A stretch of DNA of 59,139 nucleotides, the filler included, from Candidatus Woesearchaeota archaeon CG1_02_57_44 (GTDB taxonomy: Archaea > Nanobdellota > Nanobdellia > Woesearchaeales > CG1-02-57-44): NCBI GenBank assembly GCA_001871415.1. It is 4 parts of 4 records of this genome, joined end to end, with 100 filler letters (N's around TTAATTAATTAA, not from the genome) between each part and the next. Parts side by side here need not be neighbours in the genome. Positions count along the whole stretch, not along the records: positions 13,301 to 26,329 come from MNWW01000001.1; 3 more parts are not named here. One strand, 5' to 3'. The first letter of the stretch is position 1. Each line of letters starts with the position of its first letter. Positions 16,619 through 26,429 of the stretch are shown here, piece after piece. The notes under the pieces are model-generated. The model searched no databases, was not told the origin of the DNA, and worked only from the letters and a program-made list of their open reading frames with translations. The position numbers and the translations under genes are program-made.

Positions 16619-16743
16619 TGAGCCAGATGCGCCAGTGTGGTGTCCAGCCGACGTGTGTCTCTGCGGTCTTCCAGGATTGTCCATCTTCGTCTGCCATGTG
16701 TCGTATCATGTGCTCACCTCGGATGATCTGTTCTTGTGTCGAC

Positions 16744-17580
16744 CTATCTTGCGACCAGTCCGACGTACGGGCAGTCTGCCTCATAGCCCCGCCAATAAGC
16801 GTCTCCCATCGCGTCCCTGCCGGCCTGCGTGACGCGTAGTGTCTGCCATTCCAGCGAGTGAAATCCTGCCCTCGCTGCCGCCTGCTCATAGTCTGCACGG
16901 GAGAAGTCCGTGAAGCGCGCGGAGGTCAGCACCTGTTGGTTGTCGTCGAGGAAATCGACGCGCACTAGGTTTCCCTCGCGCTCGAACACTCTGTTGTACG
17001 CGGCGTGTCCAATCCTGCCGTAGTCGGGGTCGCAGATGACGCCGACGAGCGCGCCGCCTTCGCGTAGGAGCCCAAGCGTCGAAGAAAAGAATCGCGTCAG
17101 CTCATCCGTGTCTGCCGCGTACATCAGCACCAGCGCCGCGACCGCGCTGTCGAAGTGTCCGGTGACGCCCGCGCTTGACAGCACAGCTTCTATCGTGCCG
17201 GGTGTTGCTATATGATAGCTGATGCCCAGGGGCGCTGTCGCCTCAGCGTCGAGCGCGAGCGAGATCTGTTCCGCGCTATTATCGTAGCCGACGACCGATG
17301 CGCCCAGCTGCGTCAGTATGCGCGTCAGTGTTCCTGGTCCGCAGCCGACATCCAGGAAGCGCCTGCCTGAGAAGTTGTCTCTGGCATCGTGGTCACAGGA
17401 TGACTTCAGCAGACTGATGGCTGAGGGGTACTGCACGTGCTGTTTCTGGGGGTCCATGGCAGCGACAGAGGCATAATCATGACTGATGGCGTCATATTGC
17501 GGGGCATGGGCGTCGTGATCGCAGAACCGTTCTGATGACGCTGCCCTTCTCTGAAGTCTATGCTCGTCCATGGTCGTCAC
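16744..17580 (-). CDS. Class I SAM-dependent methyltransferase
   Basis: FLDVGCGPG motif I; GYDNS; FDSAV; LREGG. Confidence 0.88.
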   Translation of the reverse strand: MTTMDEHRLQRRAASSERFCDHDAHAPQYDAISHDYASVAAMDPQKQHVQYPSAISLLKSSCDHDARDNFSGRRFLDVGCGPGTLTRILTQLGASVVGYDNSAEQISLALDAEATAPLGISYHIATPGTIEAVLSSAGVTGHFDSAVAALVLMYAADTDELTRFFSSTLGLLREGGALVGVICDPDYGRIGHAAYNRVFEREGNLVRVDFLDDNQQVLTSARFTDFSRADYEQAAARAGFHSLEWQTLRVTQAGRDAMGDAYWRGYEADCPYVGLVAR

Positions 17581-17585
17581 CTCGC

Positions 17586-18197
17586 TCAGAATGTGGCCGT
17601 GAAACGCCCTCCGACATAGTCGGTGTGAAGGTCGTCGGCCTGTCCGCTCAACCGGGCCTCAATGCCTGCGCGAAGGTGCGTAGCGACCTTCACGTCGATG
17701 CCCGGGCGTATCATGACGCTGCCTGTTGACAGATTTGCTTTCCAGAGCACATCCGCGAACACACCCGGGGTATCCAGGATGCCATACCCATCGAGCATGC
17801 CGTCGGGCATGAGGTAGCGTGTGTCTATCTTGCCATACGCGCCATGCCAAGGATGCCCGCTCACGCGCAGCGACGGGCCATAGGAGAGATGCCCGCGGCC
17901 TCCGGAGCGATAGGTCTCCTGCACCGCGCCTCCGAGCGACACTGCTCCTCGCCGCACCGGGAAGTATTGCCCTCTCGCCATCAGTAACCAGTGATTGTCC
18001 TGATGCTCTGCGAGCAGGTAGCCGTCCATGTGCAGCATGGGCGCTTTGATCACAGCTTCGCTGCGGGAGACAATATCGCCTGCAGCAACCTCTGTCTGGA
18101 TGCCGCTCACCAACACCTCAGGGACATTGGCCTGCGAGCCGCCCACCGCGAGCAGGCAGCCGGCCGCAAGCATCAGGTTCCTCGTCATGTTGCGCAT
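17586..18197 (-). CDS. Secreted all-beta protein, outer-membrane beta-barrel-like
   Basis: Signal peptide ending SQA; alternating amphipathic strands; C-terminus YVGGRFTATF. Start 18197 chosen from the GAGGTGA Shine-Dalgarno (ORF open from 18206). Confidence 0.6.
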   Translation of the reverse strand: MRNMTRNLMLAAGCLLAVGGSQANVPEVLVSGIQTEVAAGDIVSRSEAVIKAPMLHMDGYLLAEHQDNHWLLMARGQYFPVRRGAVSLGGAVQETYRSGGRGHLSYGPSLRVSGHPWHGAYGKIDTRYLMPDGMLDGYGILDTPGVFADVLWKANLSTGSVMIRPGIDVKVATHLRAGIEARLSGQADDLHTDYVGGRFTATF

Positions 18198-18329
18198 GCT
18201 CTTCACCTCGTATGGTCAACCATCAATGTTGTTACAATTTAGTAGTAGTCATTACGTATATCAATGCTTATTCTCCAAAATAGGAGAATAAGCGAAAGCA
18301 TTATAAGTGCCCATCCATCATCCCTTGGT

Positions 18330-19052
18330 ATGGATACCTCCATACTCGAGGACATCGGTCTCACCAATGCCGAGATCAAGGTCTATCTCGCACTACTCGA
18401 GCTTGGCGAGTCCACAGCAGGCCCTATCCTGGAGAAGAGCGGGCTGCAGAACTCGGTCGTGCACATGACCCTGCGCAAGCTGGCCGAGAAAGGATTTATC
18501 TCCTTTATAAAGCGCGGTCGTGTCAAGGTCTATACGCCATCGGATCCTAAGCACGTGCTCAGTTTCATTGACGAGAAACGAAAGCGCTATGAGCAGCTGC
18601 TGCCAGAGCTGCTCTTGCGGCAGAAGAAAGTGGAACCACAGGAGGCCGAGGTCTTCGAGGGATTCAGGGGACTCAAGAACATGTTGCACAGGATGATAGA
18701 GGACGCGCAGCATGGAGACGAATTCCTCTTCTTCTCGTTTTACACAAAGAACCCTGACGACTTTGACAATGTCTATAATTATTACCGCGAATTCGAGGCA
18801 GAACGGCTGAGGCGTGGCATACATACGCGCGGCATCGCGCCAAAGAGCATTCGCGGCAAGCTTGCGAACAGGCCGACCATCAATCTCAGATATGCGTCAT
18901 TTCCCGTCCTCGTCAACATCTCCGTCTTCCGCAATAAGGTCATCTTCACGCCTTGGGAAGACCGGCAAGTGTCCTTTCTTGTCCATTCCCGGCAGCTCGC
19001 TGACTCTTTTCGGCAATACTTTGAGATGATGTGGGAGCAATGCGCTCCATAA
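18330..19052 (+). CDS. TrmB-family transcriptional regulator
   Basis: LEDIGLTNAEIKVYLALLELGESTA...L.EKGFI...Y....P; EVFEGFRGLK; TTATAA box at 18301. Confidence 0.9.
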   Translation: MDTSILEDIGLTNAEIKVYLALLELGESTAGPILEKSGLQNSVVHMTLRKLAEKGFISFIKRGRVKVYTPSDPKHVLSFIDEKRKRYEQLLPELLLRQKKVEPQEAEVFEGFRGLKNMLHRMIEDAQHGDEFLFFSFYTKNPDDFDNVYNYYREFEAERLRRGIHTRGIAPKSIRGKLANRPTINLRYASFPVLVNISVFRNKVIFTPWEDRQVSFLVHSRQLADSFRQYFEMMWEQCAP

Positions 19053-19070
19053 GGACAGCTGCATCAGAGG

Positions 19071-20243
19071 TCAAGATGCTGAGCATAGATGATACTTGCC
19101 CTCAGAGCAGAAAATGACTATCACTTTGTCCCCGTCAAGCCCTGCCTCGAGCGTCTTACGCTCTTTCCAGTAGTCGCCTGGCGCGATGGCATACCGTATC
19201 AGCACAGAGCCGGCGCCTGCCTTGCGCAAGGCCGCGCTCAACCCGTCGCGGTCAGTGGATGCGACGACCTTGTATGTCGTGAACACCGGCGCAGGCAACG
19301 GCGCATCAGACCAGAGCAACGTCCTCTTGTCGATCTCGGCGCGGGCTATTCCCGCGTGGCTTCCAGCTGCGGCGACAGCCACACTGATGAGTCCGGCCCT
19401 CACCACTGCAGGGTCTACTTCGCACAGGTGCGTGCGGGCATCCTGCCGCTTCCCCATGCTCGAGAACGACGAAGGCTTTCCGGCGATTCGATGTCCTGAT
19501 GGCAGCAGCACGGCTGATGCGGCATCTTCTGCCAATGCTCCTGTATAGACAGTCAGCCGACTGAGCTTGCCATCCAAGGACAGGTACTCGCGCTCGCCGG
19601 CGATGGGCATATCGCGTACTTGGGGTGGCAGCTCGACAGCGAGATTCGGGCACGCCGCCGCGAGCGCTAGGACATTCGGGCTGGTGCGCGAGGCATCGCG
19701 CGTCTCTTCAGATGCGGCCCGCTCAGGATCGCAGAACACGGTATCGACCTTGGTCTTCTGCGCCAGGGCATAGCCGTCACCAGTGTGGAATTCGATGTTC
19801 GCGAGCACCGCGCTGTCACCTGCCATCCTGGCAGCCGTCTTGGCATTCTCCTTCGCATACGCGACCTTCCTGGCATCAAGGTCATTGGCGATGACCCGCT
19901 TGCAGGTGGCAGCGAAGGCTATCGACTGCATGCCGATGCCGCACGCGCAATCGAGCACGTGTCTGCCCGCGAGCCGCTGCGCCCGCCAGGCAGCTACCGA
20001 CTGGTGCGTCGCGAACCGGTAATCTTCCTCCGTGAAGAGGAATCCTTCAGGCAGTTTGCCCTCGCGGGTGTTGCGGATGCGAGCCCTCGCGATGCTCAGC
20101 AATTCTTGCCGCGCACCTGCATACTTCTTTGGGACTGCGCGAAGCACAGCGGCATGCACGCCTGCGCGCATGGCGGTGACGATGTTCTCCAGTATCTTCT
20201 CGCGCTCGGGAAACGCGATGTCTGTTGCGCCCATGCTGCGCAC
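19071..20243 (-). CDS. SAM-dependent (RNA) methyltransferase with THUMP-like C-terminal domain
   Basis: RFAT...VA.WRA.R, VLDCACGIG, VFCDPER, E.EYLSLDG, EVDPAVVRAGL. Confidence 0.8.
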   Translation of the reverse strand: MRSMGATDIAFPEREKILENIVTAMRAGVHAAVLRAVPKKYAGARQELLSIARARIRNTREGKLPEGFLFTEEDYRFATHQSVAAWRAQRLAGRHVLDCACGIGMQSIAFAATCKRVIANDLDARKVAYAKENAKTAARMAGDSAVLANIEFHTGDGYALAQKTKVDTVFCDPERAASEETRDASRTSPNVLALAAACPNLAVELPPQVRDMPIAGEREYLSLDGKLSRLTVYTGALAEDAASAVLLPSGHRIAGKPSSFSSMGKRQDARTHLCEVDPAVVRAGLISVAVAAAGSHAGIARAEIDKRTLLWSDAPLPAPVFTTYKVVASTDRDGLSAALRKAGAGSVLIRYAIAPGDYWKERKTLEAGLDGDKVIVIFCSEGKYHLCSAS

Positions 20244-20393
20244 GAACCCGTCGATGCTTATTAACTATTCCCCTGGGCGGACTCTGTGCGGCGGGTCATA
20301 TCAACAACCATTCTGCCAGTATGCCTCGCACTAGCCACTGGCCAGTACGCCGTGGCCCATATAAGCTGCGCCACCAACAGCAATGCTGGTGAT

Positions 20394-20792
20394 ATGATGC
20401 AGGAAACTATACAGAAGCCACGGGAGCTCTTGGCCAAGAAATCTTTTTTCGGCCGCGGCAACTGCCTGAAGGTCATGTTCAACAGCGCCGGCGAGTTTTA
20501 CCTTCACCTTGGCAAGGAATCCAAGCAAGGTTGGCAGTGGAGCAAGCTCAAGCTCAGCGACATGGAGCTCGGCGACATCCTGCTGGTCATCAAGGGTGTG
20601 AAGGAGAGCACGTCTTTTTTTCACAAATTCAACAATTCCAGCCAGCAGCTCTGGGTGAACCGCAAGGACGCGCTGTTCTTCAAGGCAGGTGACGTGAACA
20701 AGCAGCTGAGTTTCGCAGAAGCAGAGGTGCTGCGTGTCATCATCGAGGGTTTCCTGTTGGTGTCAGCGAAACTGGAGGCAAGACCGCAATGA
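20394..20792 (+). CDS. Hypothetical protein, Whirly/PC4-like ssDNA-binding fold suspected
   Basis: Two beta4-alpha repeats; W.W.K.KLS..ELG.I, ES..FFH, LS.AE..VL; GGTGAT Shine-Dalgarno upstream. Confidence 0.6.
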   Translation: MMQETIQKPRELLAKKSFFGRGNCLKVMFNSAGEFYLHLGKESKQGWQWSKLKLSDMELGDILLVIKGVKESTSFFHKFNNSSQQLWVNRKDALFFKAGDVNKQLSFAEAEVLRVIIEGFLLVSAKLEARPQ

Positions 20793-20880
20793 ATCGTGCA
20801 ATGAGTCCGCTATCCGCGTTCCCTATAGATCATTGCTGGCCGCATCTGCGCCATGACAAACAGGGGCAGGAAGCCGCGGC

Positions 20881-21243
20881 GTGATGCGTATGGATGCATG
20901 GCAGGTAGCGACGGTCGTGAGCTTCCTGTTCGTCCTGCTGCTGCTCTACCTGCTCCATCGCGTGACTCGTTCCTATCACCGACTCCTCAAGGCGAAACGA
21001 AGCGATGCCGTCCGTCATGGCCTGGCCTTTGAGCAGCTTTTCCCCTTTGCTGCTCATTACCCCTTTGACCCGACGCACTTCCGCTTTCTTGGCAAGCCAG
21101 TGGACGGCATCAGCTTTGAGGAAGATGAACTCGTATTTATCGAGTTCAAGACCGGAACCTCAAGATTATCAGCAGTGCAGCGGCATGTCAGGGATCTGAT
21201 AAAAGAAAAAAAGGTCTCCTGGCGGGAGATCAGAGCATCGTGA
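20881..21243 (+). CDS. Holliday junction resolvase-like endonuclease (Endonuc_Holl) with N-terminal TM
   Basis: KRS..V..G...EQL.PF, FRFLG.PVD.I.F, FIEFKTG.S.LS..QR.VRD. Confidence 0.88.
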   Translation: MMRMDAWQVATVVSFLFVLLLLYLLHRVTRSYHRLLKAKRSDAVRHGLAFEQLFPFAAHYPFDPTHFRFLGKPVDGISFEEDELVFIEFKTGTSRLSAVQRHVRDLIKEKKVSWREIRAS

Positions 21244-21613
21244 GCCAGGCCATCAGCAGGAAGAACGCTTCTACTGTGAACAGGATATAGTACAGCAAGG
21301 GTGGCAGGGGTATCTTGAACGGGATGCTGCCATGCTCGCCCAGAACTGCGACGATGCCCAAAGCGAGGAACACGAGCCCTGCGATGATGGTCGGGTGTTT
21401 ATGCACATGATCCTCCATGATACCGTCCACGAGGATGATGAACCCTGCAGCCGCGATGACATAGACGCCGATGCTGGTCGCGACACTGGTCATCCATGCC
21501 GGGACGCTCTTGAGAACGCCGAATTGGCCTAGCAAGGGTATTCCACCGAATGCCAGGAGCAGTATGCCAAGGAATCCTGAAAACATGTTTTTTGGTTCTG
21601 TGAGATGCTGCAT
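21230..21613 (-). CDS. Small 4-TM membrane protein
   Basis: Four hydrophobic helices; ATG 21613 preceded by GAGGTGAT and TTTAAATA. Confidence 0.75.
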   Translation of the reverse strand: MQHLTEPKNMFSGFLGILLLAFGGIPLLGQFGVLKSVPAWMTSVATSIGVYVIAAAGFIILVDGIMEDHVHKHPTIIAGLVFLALGIVAVLGEHGSIPFKIPLPPLLYYILFTVEAFFLLMAWLTML

Positions 21614-21746
21614 AGTATCACCTCTCTGATGAGCATTGCTGCCCTGAGAGTATTTAAAGGTTTCTGTGCGCAAGGGGAGAGCGCTAAACCCTTGGCGCGC
21701 AGGCGTCACCATACCTTTATAACCCTCCCCGGGTTTTTCCTGGTGT

Positions 21747-22718
21747 ATGGCAATGGTCTCGCGCGCCGATGATCCAATCCCCCCGTCCGACCCTGTTCCT
21801 GAGCGCTCAGTCGAGCAGCTGCTGGATTTCGGCATCGTGGTCATTGACAAGCCCTCAGGGCCCACGAGCCATCAGGTGAGCGCGTATGTGCAGCAGATCC
21901 TGCATATCAGGAAGTCTGGTCATTCCGGCACCCTTGACCCGCAGGTGACCGGGGTCTTGCCGGTGGCGCTCGGACGCGCCACTAGGACGCTGGGCTGTCT
22001 GCTGTCTGCGGGCAAAGAATATGTCGCGCTCATGCATCTGCACGCGCCAGTGAAAGAATCCAGTGTCAAGAAGGTCTTTCACACGTTCACCGGGACCATC
22101 ACCCAATTACCGCCGGTCCGAAGCAGTGTCAAGCGTCAGTCCCGTCAGCGTAAGGTATACGCGATGGAGATCCTGGAGTTTCATGGTCAGGACGTGCTCT
22201 TCCGGGCTGATGTGCAGGCAGGAACGTACATCCGCAAGCTTATCCATGACATGGGCCAGCGCCTTGGTTGCGGCGCTCATATGGCTGAGCTGCGCCGCAC
22301 GCGCGCAGGACCTTTCTTTGAGCGCCAGGCTATTCCTCTCCATGACTTGGCTGACGCCTTCTATTATTGGAAGCAGGGCAATGACAAGGCCATCCGCAGG
22401 TTCATCCTGCCGGGCGAAGACTGCGTCAGCCAGCTGCCAAAGCTCTGGGTGCATGACGGCGCGGTGGACGCGGTCTGCCATGGATCGCCCCTGGCCATGC
22501 CTGGCATCGAGCGCTTTGAGGATACCATCATGGCAGGTGACACCATCGCGCTGATGAGTCTGAAGGGTGAGCTGATAGGCCTCGCGCGAGCAGAGCAGGA
22601 CGCGAGCCACTTCAAGGAGGAGCATGGCATCGCGGCAAAGTCGAGCGCAGTGCTCATGCCTGTTGGGACCTATGAGCGCTGCGTGCCTAAGGTCAAGGCT
22701 GCGGCTCCTGAGAAATAG
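21747..22718 (+). CDS. cbf5: H/ACA RNA-guided pseudouridine synthase Cbf5 (TruB family)
   Basis: DKPSGPTSHQV, GHSGTLDPQVTGVL, KEYV, AGTYIRKL, ELRRTR; C-terminal PUA domain. Confidence 0.95.
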   Translation: MAMVSRADDPIPPSDPVPERSVEQLLDFGIVVIDKPSGPTSHQVSAYVQQILHIRKSGHSGTLDPQVTGVLPVALGRATRTLGCLLSAGKEYVALMHLHAPVKESSVKKVFHTFTGTITQLPPVRSSVKRQSRQRKVYAMEILEFHGQDVLFRADVQAGTYIRKLIHDMGQRLGCGAHMAELRRTRAGPFFERQAIPLHDLADAFYYWKQGNDKAIRRFILPGEDCVSQLPKLWVHDGAVDAVCHGSPLAMPGIERFEDTIMAGDTIALMSLKGELIGLARAEQDASHFKEEHGIAAKSSAVLMPVGTYERCVPKVKAAAPEK

Positions 22719-22780
22719 CTTACCGCTGATGATGGCCTCGACAGTGAATAGTCGGCACAACCGATAGAAGATGGGCAGCC

Positions 22781-23275
22781 CTAGTAGTCATTACCTACGC
22801 CACGCGCCATGCGGCGTACTTCTATCATGGCGAATCTGCAGAACAGCTCAAGCTCTGTCTTGGATAGGCAGATCTGACGGGCTCCCTTGAGGATATCACT
22901 GAGCATGACCATCCTATTGCCGTACTCGTACGCGCCTTCCATCCGGTAGGATGCCATGATATCCGTGACCTCATCCCTGATATGCGCCGCGTTCTCGCTG
23001 AGCATGGAGAAGATGTCCGTGATGAGCGTGTTGATGTCGTCTTCAGACACATCCATGCAGAGCTCCTGGAAGACCAGGTTCTCCTGGTGCGGGAGTTCAT
23101 TGCCTTCTATCCTGCTCTGATACGTCGGAGAGAGAGTATGCGCGATGCGTCCAAGCTCCCTGGCGACATAGGTCATATTGGTCGGAGTGATCTTGCAGGC
23201 GAGCGCCTGCATGCGTAATCCCAGATTGCCTGGGGGTATTTCTGCGTAACGTGGTTGCTGCTCCACGCTTCTCAT
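22781..23275 (-). CDS. Hypothetical alpha-helical protein
   Basis: 164-aa ORF filling the interval; TTTATTAA box upstream. Confidence 0.6.
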   Translation of the reverse strand: MRSVEQQPRYAEIPPGNLGLRMQALACKITPTNMTYVARELGRIAHTLSPTYQSRIEGNELPHQENLVFQELCMDVSEDDINTLITDIFSMLSENAAHIRDEVTDIMASYRMEGAYEYGNRMVMLSDILKGARQICLSKTELELFCRFAMIEVRRMARGVGNDY

Positions 23276-23428
23276 TCCGGCGTTTGCCGGTTAATAAAGT
23301 TTTTTGTTTTGCCGCCAGACCGTGCATGATGTGTCACAAGAGCATGTGAGTGAAGGGCCTGCGGAGTGTATAATTGGATTTCGTTCTTCGTGCCCGTCCA
23401 TTCCTGTATGATGATCTGTCATCAGGTG

Positions 23429-24259
23429 TCAGACCTTGTCGAACTCAGCGAATCCTGGGTCGATGATGCGCTCGCAGTTGCCAAGCGCGTCCAGCGCCTG
23501 CATGTCCGTCTCATCCAATGCGATCTGCGATGCTTCGAGATTCTCCTTCATGTGTCCCATGCTGCTGGCCTTGGGCAAGGGTACGCTGCCGTGGTGCATC
23601 AGCCAGGCAAGGCAGACCTGCGCAGGGCTGCAGCCTCGGCGCTGCGCTATCTTCCTGATGGTAGGGTCCGGGAGTATCGTGGCGCGTCCGAGCGGGCTGT
23701 AGGCAGTGACGGCAATGCCCTGCTCCTTGCAGAAGTCGACGAGCTCCTTTTGCCAGAGGCCGACATGCAGCTCCACCTGGTTGCAGCACAGGGGCAAGCT
23801 GTCATCGCATTGCTGCAATGCCTCGCGCAGGTGTGCTATGGTGAAATTGCTCACCCCGAAGGCGCGTATCTTGTCAGATGACCGCAACGATTTCATGGCG
23901 CGCAAGGTCTCTGCCAGAGGAACGCTCATGTCCGGCCAGTGTATCAGATACAGGTCGAGATAGTTGGTGCCGAGACGTTGGAGGCTCGCGGAGCACGCAG
24001 CGAGCACGCTTTTTTCACGCAGATTGCCATGGAACACTTTGGAGGTGAGAAATAGCTGCTCGCGAGGGAAGTCCTGTATGCCCTGCCCGACCGCCTTCTC
24101 ATTCTCATAGACCTCTGCGGTGTCGATGTGACGATAACCGACCTGGAGGGCCTCCTTGACCGCCCGGGTACATTGCTGCCCGCGTAATTGCCAGGTGCCA
24201 AAGCCGGGAGACGGCATGAGGGCCTTGTTGCTGAGCCGGGCTTGTTTGATATGTTGCAT
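23429..24259 (-). CDS. Aldo/keto reductase
   Basis: GFGTWQ, GYRHIDTAEVY, LDLYLIHWP, GVSNF, AYSPLG; start uncertain (ORF open from 24328). Confidence 0.93.
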   Translation of the reverse strand: MQHIKQARLSNKALMPSPGFGTWQLRGQQCTRAVKEALQVGYRHIDTAEVYENEKAVGQGIQDFPREQLFLTSKVFHGNLREKSVLAACSASLQRLGTNYLDLYLIHWPDMSVPLAETLRAMKSLRSSDKIRAFGVSNFTIAHLREALQQCDDSLPLCCNQVELHVGLWQKELVDFCKEQGIAVTAYSPLGRATILPDPTIRKIAQRRGCSPAQVCLAWLMHHGSVPLPKASSMGHMKENLEASQIALDETDMQALDALGNCERIIDPGFAEFDKV

Positions 24260-24414
24260 GAGTGTCGCCTCCTGCAGTCGAGCAAAGAGGGCATACCTTA
24301 TTAATGTACGTTCGACCGAACGGTTCATGGCAGAATCTGTTGTGGCGCGATATGGGGGTGCCTGGGGGAATCATATCACAATCCTTAATAATATCTGCAG
24401 CCTACAGCCAGAAA

Positions 24415-24687
24415 ATGGACCTGTTGCTTCGACACCTGCTTCTGGGCACCCGTGGTGGCGAGACGCGCTTGCGCCTGCTCAAGGAAGCGGTGGCGGAGCC
24501 AAAGAACGCGCACCAGTTGGCGAAAGCGCTGGGCGTTGATTATAAGACCGTGCGTCATCATCTGGATGTGCTGCAGAAGAATGGTCTCATGGTGATGGTG
24601 GGCGAGGGCTACGGTGCCGGGTATGTGCTCTCCCCGGGCAAGGCCGCTGACTTTGGCGCGATTTGGGATGAATTTGGGAAAAGGTAG
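24415..24687 (+). CDS. ArsR-family winged-helix regulator
   Basis: GTRGG.TR, NAHQLAKALGVDYKTVRHHLDVL..NG, YGA.Y. Confidence 0.88.
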   Translation: MDLLLRHLLLGTRGGETRLRLLKEAVAEPKNAHQLAKALGVDYKTVRHHLDVLQKNGLMVMVGEGYGAGYVLSPGKAADFGAIWDEFGKR

Positions 24688-24714
24688 TTAAGTAGACCAA
24701 ACTCTGGTCTTCGC

Positions 24715-24999
24715 ATGGAACCCCTCATGCGATGGTCGACGGTGTTGACCGGTATCTCGACGTTGGTGCTGTTTGCGCTGATGACGATCTACGCGCGAAG
24801 CTATCGCGCGATGAGATCCAAGTATACGCTGGGGCTGTTGCTCTTTGTCGGGCTCTTCGTTGTGCAGAACATCATCTCCCTGTACTTTTATTTCACTATG
24901 ATGGACTTCTATGTGGCGCAGGTGCTCTTGCATGTGTTCCTGTTCAACCTGCTCGAGGCGATAGCGCTCATCGTCCTCCTGTTGATAACCTGGGGGTGA
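24715..24999 (+). CDS. Small 3-TM membrane protein
   Basis: Y..MRSKYTLGLLLF...QN pattern; in an operon with the ArsR regulator. Confidence 0.75.
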   Translation: MEPLMRWSTVLTGISTLVLFALMTIYARSYRAMRSKYTLGLLLFVGLFVVQNIISLYFYFTMMDFYVAQVLLHVFLFNLLEAIALIVLLLITWG

Positions 25000-25695
25000 A
25001 TGATGATGCGACGAAACACACAAGACAATCGCGATGAACAGCAAAGCAGACCTGCTGCAGACAGCAGCAGCGTACGACGCCAGCGTGGCGCTGCTACTAT
25101 TGGTCATGGCAGCGGTGTGACCACGTTCTTGGCGCTATTGCTGCTCTCGGTGCTGGCGCTGGCCGCCTGCGCACCTGCTGTCAGGAATGCGGATACGGGT
25201 ATGATGGATGACGCGGGCAGTGCGATGATCGATGACGCTGCTGGCGGGGGCATGATGGATGATAGCACTGCGGACGCGATGATGGATGATACCGCTGCAG
25301 GCGCGATGATAGGCGACGACGCGATGATGATCTCATATGAAGGCACCATTCTTGCCGGCACCACCTCGCCATACCTGACATTCACAGAGCAAGACTACAA
25401 TGCGGCGATAGCGGATGGCAAGACCGTGCTGCTCAATTTCTACGCGAACTGGTGTCCTACGTGCAAAGCGGAGGAGCATGACGCCTTCGCGGCATTCGAC
25501 GCTCTTGACGATCCAAAGGCCATAGGCTTTCGTGTCAACTACAAGGATGGCGATACCGACGCTGCTGAAGAGGCACTGGCAAAGGCGTTCGGTATCACCT
25601 ACCAGCACACCAAAGTCGTCCTGAAGGACGGAGCGCTCGTCATCAAGAGCCCGGAGACCTGGGATGCGGCCCGCTACGTGAAAGAGCTAGTGTAA
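25000..25695 (+). CDS. Thioredoxin-family lipoprotein with Met/Asp-rich linker
   Basis: LALAAC lipobox-like; MMDD/MIDD repeats; FYANWCPTC; GITYQHT. Confidence 0.85.
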   Translation: MMMRRNTQDNRDEQQSRPAADSSSVRRQRGAATIGHGSGVTTFLALLLLSVLALAACAPAVRNADTGMMDDAGSAMIDDAAGGGMMDDSTADAMMDDTAAGAMIGDDAMMISYEGTILAGTTSPYLTFTEQDYNAAIADGKTVLLNFYANWCPTCKAEEHDAFAAFDALDDPKAIGFRVNYKDGDTDAAEEALAKAFGITYQHTKVVLKDGALVIKSPETWDAARYVKELV

Positions 25696-25700
25696 TCCCT

Positions 25701-26329
25701 ATGGCAAACCCCACCATTCCCATAGCATTCCTGGCCGGTCTCATCAGCTTCGTGAGCCCATGCATCCTGCCTATCATCCCGGGATTCCTCGCCTATCTCT
25801 CCGGGACCAGCGTGAATGACAGAAGCCCGCAGGCAAGAGTCCACACCTTCCTCAATAGCGTCGCTTTTGTGCTGGGGTTCTCCAGCATCTTCGCCATGGT
25901 GGGTGTGCTGCTCAACCGCGCTCTCGGTGCGACCGCCTACGCCCTTCAGGTGTGGCTGTCGCGATTGGGCGGTCTGGTCATCATCTTCTTCGCCTTGAGC
26001 ATCATGGGGGTCATCAGGATACCATGGCTGCAGGCAGAGCATAAGCTGCGCGTGAAGCACCGCTTCAGGTTCGACTATGTCACGAGTTTCGTGTTCGGCG
26101 CGGCATTCGCCGTGGGCTGGTCGCCTTGCGTGGGAGCAGTGCTGGGCACTATATTGGCGCTGGCATTGACGCAGCCGGCAAGCTCCTTCGTGCTGCTCAT
26201 GTCCTACGCGCTCGGTCTGGGCATCCCGTTCCTGCTGGTGGGGCTCTTCACGCAGGAGGCAGCGGCGTTGATCAGGCGCAGCGGCAAGTTGCTCAAGTAC
26301 TTCAACCTCGTGGTTGGCATGCTGTTGCT
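25701..26329 (+). CDS. ccdA: Cytochrome c biogenesis/thiol-disulfide transporter CcdA (3' truncated by gap)
   Basis: AGLISFVSPCILP, GWSPCVG, YALGLGIPF. Confidence 0.9.
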
Positions 26330-26429
26330 NNNNNNNNNNNNNNNNNNNNNNNNNNNNNNNNNNNNNNNNNNNNTTAATTAATTAANNNNNNNNNNNNNNN
26401 NNNNNNNNNNNNNNNNNNNNNNNNNNNNN
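26330..26429. other. Artificial contig linker (assembly gap)
   Basis: N44-TTAATTAATTAA-N44. Confidence 0.97.
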
